From the NCBI RefSeq assembly GCF_009914755.1, contig NC_060926.1: 64,000 nucleotides of DNA; one strand, 5' to 3'. Source of the stretch: the human T2T-CHM13v2.0 reference genome, Homo sapiens. This document shows, in pieces, positions 52,807-64,000 of this stretch. The notes under the pieces were generated by a model. It searched no databases. It was not told the origin of the DNA and saw nothing but the letters and a program-made list of their open reading frames with translations. The stretch's first letter is position 1, and each line of letters begins with the position of its first letter. The position numbers were made by a program, and so were the translations under genes.

Positions 52807-52935
52807 GCATATATAGAAATAAATAGAAAAGCTGCTGAGTCTATGGTAAAATTTTATACCTGCTTCCCAGTATTGATGGATGGAAATCAACTCTCAATAA
52901 GTATGGCTCCTGAAAACATGAATATAAAAGATGAG
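52807..52935 (+). CDS. ZNF638: ZNF638 coding exon, RRM2 C-half ([17 protein letters not shown]...NIKDE)
   Basis: aaag|GCA and GAG|gtaaa; 129 nt. Confidence 0.94.
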
Positions 52936-53364
52936 GTAAATCAGACCACCATTTTTACTAGCTCTTACTAAGTTTTTAAATCAGATTTGTTACAGTCTGT
53001 TATGTTTTCTAGTTTTCCACTTTGGTTCACATTTTTCTCACAGACACTGAGAAAGCTTCTTCCTGTCCCTCCAACAATCACCCAGTCACCCATCCCACTG
53101 TTTGAGAGTTACTTTCATAGTGAGGGAATCCTATTCTTCATGTATGTTGGGTTGGAAAAAAGGTTGCATTTTGTCTAAAGACAGGTTTCTCTCTTATCTT
53201 TCTGCCATTATCTGTCATCTAAACTAGAATTCTGGAAGTTATCTTTAATTTTTTTTCTCTCATTTCTTAAATTTAGTTCCTTGTAAATCTTGTTTAACTC
53301 AGTGAGCTTGTTCCCTCTTCCTCATCCCATATACCATTGCTTTATCTCTTAAAAACTCTTACTG

Positions 53365-53663
53365 GTCCAGGTATGGTGGCTCACGCTGGTGATCCCAGCA
53401 CTTTGAGAGGCTGAGGTGGGAGGACTGTGTGAGCCCAGGACTTCAGGACCCAAGACCAGCCTGGGCAACAAAGTGAGACCCCATGCCTACAAAACTTAAA
53501 ATAATTAGCTGGGCCTGAAGGCGCACACCCGTGGTCCCAGCTCCTCAGGATGCTGAGGTAGGAGGATCCCTTGAGCCTAGGAGTTTGAGGCTGCACTGAG
53601 CTGTGATTTTACCACTGAACTTCAGCCTGGGTGACAGAGGGAGACCTAGTCTCTAAAACAAAC
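53365..53663 (+). mobile_element. Alu (AluJ-like)
   Basis: Diverged dimer. Confidence 0.85.
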
Positions 53664-54537
53664 AGACCTCCTCCTGGACCTTTTGTATATACAAAAGTAA
53701 TTGTCTTTTGTACATACACGCTACCTTCAGTTTTATAAAACTCCTTTGAGTTCTCAGCTTTTATCTCATGTACACACCCTTCAGTGCCTCTATGTGACCT
53801 ATAAACATTTACTGTCAACTGCTAAGAAGCATGAGGTAGAAATATTGTATGCATCACATGAGGTAGAAATATTACATCCTTTCTAGAGGCAGGTAGAAAT
53901 GCATGTAATGTAAAAATACCTTTCATTAAGAATCACTCTAATGTGATGTAATTGGCAAGATTGTTTTATACACACCAGTAGTATCAACAAGAAAAAAAAA
54001 GTTTAGGATCCTCAGTCTTATAAAGTCCAAGTTCCTTTGCCGCACACAAAGCCTTCCATTAGTTGTCCTCTGCCTGCTTTGATATCCTTGTTCCCTGATG
54101 TTCTTGGCCTCTTCATAATTCAGTAGCATCAAATCTGCATTTATGCTCTGTGCTGTTTTATTTGCCTGCATTTCTGTTCTTTCTCATCTCCTACTTTGCT
54201 TAGTTAACTTTTCTTTTGTAATTTGAATTCTCTTCCTGTTGTCTAAATTAAATCTCTATTCCTTCTGTGAATTTGAATGTCTTTTCTAAATGGTACTATC
54301 TTATTAGTCTTTTATATTCTTAGGGGAATAAGAAGAATTAAATTGTATGGGTTAGAATGAGGCTTGTTTAGGAGAGAAAGATTTTTGGAAAGAATGTAAA
54401 TCTTGCTGCTTCTTAATTTTATAAAATACTTTGTAATGCATATTTGTATAGATTGTCATGTTATAAATCTTAACTAAGTAAGTATTTGTATGAGAAAGAG
54501 CTTATACCATCAACCTTTATCTATTTTTGCTTTTTAG

Positions 54538-54579
54538 GAAGCTATATTTATAACCTTGGTAAAAGAAAATGACCCAGAG
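54538..54579 (+). CDS. ZNF638: ZNF638 coding exon (EAIFITLVKENDPE)
   Basis: tttttag|GAA and GAG|gtaag; 42 nt, phase 0-0. Confidence 0.92.
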
Positions 54580-55064
54580 GTAAGTTTTGCATTTAAATGC
54601 TTTTGTATACTTATTTAATTGATGGAAACATTGTTTTACTTGTTTGCCTTTTAGGAATTAAAACCTTAGAACTAATTTTAAGATATTGAGGTGATGGAGA
54701 TGTCAGATGGGTCTTCTTGGTAACAATAAAAAAATAAAGGTTTCTTGTAGTACTTGATGCGAAAAAATTTTTCAGGTACTGGAGTGCATATTAAGTGGTC
54801 TAATAGGTCAATATCTTGTCTGAGGATGTTTTGGGTAAACGTTATGTTGATAGTAGAAATATTATACTTCCCATTTTAGTACGTCATTTTACTGATTACT
54901 CGTACGTAAAATTAAGACCTCACTGTCTTCCCCCATGTAGTCATTTTCTTACTCTTGGGAGAGAACATCATCTGACCTCTGTAATAGTAAGTTAATGTTA
55001 ATCTGTTTTACCGTTTGTTGCTTCAGCTGTGGTTTTTTCTGTGCTGTCTCTTAAAAAACTACAG

Positions 55065-55199
55065 GCAAACATAGATACAATCTATGATCGATTTGTACAT
55101 CTTGATAATTTACCGGAAGATGGACTTCAGTGTGTACTTTGTGTTGGACTTCAGTTTGGAAAAGTGGATCACCATGTATTCATAAGTAATAGAAATAAG
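55065..55199 (+). CDS. ZNF638: ZNF638 coding exon, RRM3 N-half ([20 protein letters not shown]...NRNK)
   Basis: acag|GCA and AAG|gtaac; 135 nt; VHLDNLP...FGKV RRM pattern. Confidence 0.94.
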
Positions 55200-55654
55200 G
55201 TAACAAGTTCCCTCATAATTTAGCTATTCATTCTGTAAAGAATGTATAATAACCCTGTATTCTGACAATCTGCAACTTCTGATCTGAAGCACCTGTAAAT
55301 ATTACTCAACCACTTCGCAGAATTATTATAAACCAGAATATTTTATTTTGGACTGGGCCGAGAAAGAAGAGATGACCTCTCTTTTTTCAGAACTCCTAGT
55401 TTTTAAGGAAAAATAAGACTTACGCAAGGGGGAAAGGTAATATAGTGTAGACAGCATTATCTTACTGGGAAGTTTAGACCTGAGTTCCTTTGGCTCTGAT
55501 TTTAACTATCTTTGTGGTCTTGGCTAAGTTGGTTTACACTTACTTGTAAAATGAAAGGGGTATTACCCAATATTTCTTTAAGTCCCTTCCAGCTATGAAA
55601 CACCTGAGTTAGGTCTATTTGTTTGTTTATATGGAAAGAGAGAGATAAAATAAT

Positions 55655-55996
<342 letters not shown>

Positions 55997-56454
55997 TTAT
56001 TTACATTTGGTATGCCTTCTGTATTTAATATGTATTTCAGCTACATGTTCATTAAAATTAAATTTTTATCAGCCATATATTACCTAGAAAGGCAGGGTTT
56101 TACATAAAAGTGGACAATATTCATAAAAAGCACTTAATTAACCAACAACTAGATAATTTCTTTGATATGCTTCTGATAAATAGAGCATAGAATGGAATAT
56201 GATAAATAGTGTGACATAGAATGGAAGGTGGGGCACAGATGGCACATAGGAATTCTGAACCTTTCTTGTAAACATTTTTAATCCTCTATTTAAAAGAATA
56301 CCTATCATTCTCTTCAGTTTTGCCTTGGCTTTACAACATTTTAAGGATTGTTTTCTCTTGTTTCCTTTAAATAAGGATTAACCTTACCTTTGTAATCATA
56401 TATCTGAAACCTGAAAGAAGAATATATTCCAAACTTTTAAAACAATTAAAAACA

Positions 56455-57040
56455 TTTTTATTGTAGTAAAATACACAAATTTTACCGTTTGTAAGACATA
56501 AATTTAACATTTTAATCATGTTTAAGTGTTTGTTCACTGATATTCAGCACCTTCACATTGTGCAACCATCACCACCATCCATTTGTGAACTTTTGTCTCC
56601 TCAAACTGAAGTTTTCTATCCTTTTGACAATAACTCGCCATTAATTCAGCCCTTATCAACCATTATTTCTGTTTTTATAAATTTAGTTACCTCATGTATG
56701 TGGAATTATATTTGCTTTTTTGTGACTGGCTCATGTCACTTAGTATAATGTCTCTAAGGTTCATCCATGTTGCAGCATGTGTCAGATTTTTCTTCATTTT
56801 TAAAGCTGAGTAATAATTCTGTTTTACGCATGTAACACATTTTTATATCCACTCATCCATTGATGGACAGTTGGGTTGCTTCTCCCTTTGTCTGTTGTGA
56901 ATAATGCTTCTGTGAACATGGGTGTACAAATACATGTTTAAGTATCGGCTTTCATTCCTTTTAGGTGTATACTAAAAAGTGGAATTGTTGGATTATGTGG
57001 TTATTCTAATTCCAATTTTTTTAAAGAACTATTCATAACT
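56455..57040 (-). mobile_element. L1MB-type 3' fragment abutting an exon acceptor
   Basis: CACATTGTGCAACCATCACCACC...GGTTCATCCATGTTGCAGCATGTGTCAGA...AAGTGGAATTG. Confidence 0.78.
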
Positions 57041-57058
57041 TTTTAATCTTCTCCAAAG

Positions 57059-57184
57059 GCAATTCTTCAGTTAGATAGTCCTGAATCTGCTCAGTCAATG
57101 TATAGCTTTCTGAAACAAAATCCACAAAATATTGGTGACCATATGTTGACCTGCTCATTATCTCCAAAGATAGACTTACCAGAG
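57059..57184 (+). CDS. ZNF638: ZNF638 coding exon, RRM3 C-half ([19 protein letters not shown]...IDLPE)
   Basis: aaag|GCA and GAG|gtaag; 126 nt. Confidence 0.94.
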
Positions 57185-59110
57185 GTAAGATTTATCTTTC
57201 TTCAGCTTTTGTGATTTTAGAAAATACAGAGAACATAAAGGTCATTCTCAGGTAGTAGTCAAACTGTTTCTGTGTTTAGAGATGATTTTTATAATTTGTG
57301 TTGCAATCAGTGTTCCAATTTTCATAGTTTATAAAGCAGTATAAATTTGTCTAAATGAGAATAAAGAAATTTTCAACAATGTAACATATATGCATTTTTG
57401 AATACTTACTGTTGACATGTAGGTATCTACATTTTTGTGTATAGTGACTCTTTGTATGTAACATGATTGTCTCCAGAATGCAGCTACTTTGAATCCATTT
57501 TGGCTTCCTCTGGGTAGAAAGAAGTTTGTTTTATTCTTCTTTTTGTTTCAGTTACATTTATTATAAACTGTTTTTGTGTTAAGAAATAAGATTTCACAGG
57601 TTCTTGGCCTACACAGTAGTACATGTAGGAAAGCTATGGATAGTCCACCTTTGAAAGCATTAAATTCAAACTCAATCTATTTTCTCCTTCTATTCCATTG
57701 TATGCTGATATCAGAGGTAAGTAATAGGACCTTATATTTGGTGTCCTTGTGTTGTCAATCTGTTAAAAATCTTGCACTATCTAAAGAAAAAGGCAATTTC
57801 ATCATCTAAATCTAAATTAGAGTATCTTTAAGTAAATGTATTGTGATAGGTACCAGTTTAAGCACAAATGAGTGGCTCATTTCACTTGATAATTTCAGAA
57901 AAAAATATATAAAAGTTTTTAGCTATTCCTCAGCAGAACATGCATTTTTAAAAAGTTGTCATTTATATTTTTCAAGCTGTTATTCAGTTGTGTTCAACTA
58001 AATTCAAAATTAAACACTGACTGTACAGAAATCCTTATCCCAGAAACATAGTCCCAAATTCTTAGAGTTAAAAGAAAATTAAAGAAGTGAAAATTTACAT
58101 AAACTTCTGCCTGAATTGGTACTTCACTTCCTAAGTGCTTACCCAGAACCTTATTCGTATAGTTTAAGTTGGATAACACATATGGCTTATTTGTAACAGT
58201 TTTTAATTGACTACTATTTAAAATGAGTTAATAATCAACTCTATATTATCTTCTCTTCAACACTTACTGTTTTTGTTAGACTGAAATGTTACTTCTTTGT
58301 GTAGTATGTGTGACCTTTATTTCAATATCTATAGTTAGCTTGTATACAAAGCATGTAGCACTCCATTCTAAATACTGAAAACTAGTAGCTGCATTTTTGG
58401 TATCATGATTATGAAGATATTTACTGCAGAATTAAGTAATAATGAGAATGGGTTTATAAAGAAGGCAATATGTGTGTCCATAACCTCTACACTCACAGGT
58501 GAGTTTCTTATATTCCCAGTCATTTCTCAAAATGGCGCCACATTTTCATTTTCATAAGTAGGTAGATTATGGTTTTCTTGTATGGTTTAGGGTTTGTATC
58601 TTGTTGAAAGGGGGAAAAATGACAGTCTTCATGTTACTGTGATCATCTGTGTAACTTAATTACTATTTGTTGAATGGAGTCTCCTTTCAGAGCTATTCTT
58701 GTGACTCTTTTCTAAATTTAGGGTCATTTGCTTTGTCGACCAATTATATACACCTTTGGTTTTCTTTCATTGTTTTTCTGAGTCATGTCTGTTTTTTCTT
58801 GGATTCTGTCACGTCACAGGTGGTTTTTCTGTTTGCTAGAGTACATTCTCAAGTATTTTTTTTACCCCAGAAAGTATGTGGAGGCAGTACATTTTCTGAA
58901 ATTCTGCATGTTTGAAACTGACTTTATTTTGCTCTTACGTATTTCATTGATTGATTGTCTAGATGTAAAATTCTGTGCTTAGGCTATTTTTCCTTTGATT
59001 GTTTTTAGCATCCAGAATCCAGTATTATTGAGGAGAAGTCTGATTTAGATCAAAACTATTTTGTTCCTCTGAAAGGTTTTAGGATTTATATTATTAATTC
59101 TTTAAACTAG

Positions 59111-59451
59111 TTTGTTTTTCTGTTTGTTTGTTTTAAAGACGAAGTCTTAACTCTGTCACCTGGGCTGGAGTGCCATGGTTCAATCATGGCCCACATGATT
59201 TAAACCTTAACTCCTGGGCTTAAGCGATCCTCTCACTTCAGCCTCCAGAGTAGACTATAGGGGCATGCCACCATGCCCGGCTAACTTTATTTTATTTGAT
59301 TTTTGATTTTTTTTGTGTGTGTGTGTGTGTGTGTGTAGATGGGGTCTCATTGTGTTGCCCAGGCTGGTCTCAAACTTCTGGCCTGAAGTGCTCCTCCACC
59401 CTGGGCCTTCCAAAGTGTTGGAGTTACAGGTGTGAACCACTGTGCTTGGCC
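59111..59451 (-). mobile_element. Alu (AluJ-like) with (TG)n in its linker
   Basis: Antisense dimer, TG repeat at ~59314-59336. Confidence 0.85.
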
Positions 59452-59624
59452 CTAAACTAATATTTATCTAATTCCTTTTCTCTATGCTAACACTATTTTA
59501 GGTATTAGAATACCATGATGAACATTGTTTCAATGTCCTAGTTCTCAAGGATTATATTTTAGTGGAGGAGATAGACTATAAACAGATATAAAAGTGGTAA
59601 AAAGACTGTGAATAAATAAATTGA

Positions 59625-60239
<615 letters not shown>

Positions 60240-60375
60240 CCAGGGAAGTTTTTCTATTATTATTTTTTGATTTATTTCCTTCAATTTTTAATATTCTGTT
60301 TTTCTGGAAATAATACCAGCACTGATTTCATAGATGCTGTATTCTCTTGAATTTTTCTGAGGATGTTCTTTTGAG

Positions 60376-64000
<3,625 letters not shown>

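Noticed and set aside
53830-53905. CATGAGGTAGAAATATT repeated at a 27-bp period
   Set aside because: Ordinary short slippage duplication

Overview
Primate genomic DNA, almost certainly human because it contains an L1HS pre-Ta element. The window is the internal part of ZNF638 (NP220/ZFML, matrin-3-like). Eighteen + strand coding exons (4667-57184) splice in frame with GT-AG sites and encode the end of a matrin-type zinc finger, the RS-rich region, RRM1, a Lys/Ala/Ser-rich linker and RRM2/RRM3. Start and stop codons lie outside the window. The introns are repeat-dense. They hold a full-length, sense-oriented HERV-K(HML-5)/HERVK22 provirus (37037-44755, tRNA-Met PBS), an antisense L1HS pre-Ta running off the right edge, about 25 Alus, old L1M pieces, DNA transposon fossils, MLT LTRs and a U6 retrocopy. 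The most unusual observations are: (1) a 7x15-bp array of TCF/LEF sites (CCTTTGATC) expanded only in the proviral 5' LTR, resembling a natural TOPflash cassette; (2) a TSD-flanked, poly(A)-tailed 861-bp retrocopy nested in Tigger1 inside MLT2B, with a microinversion that flips its poly(A) signal; (3) two ~40-bp A-tailed copies of an ERV1-type LTR R-region hairpin; (4) a 75-bp ectopic copy of a ZNF638 splice acceptor that creates a candidate poison exon. Family names come from my recall of consensus sequences, not from a search, and repeat boundaries are approximate.
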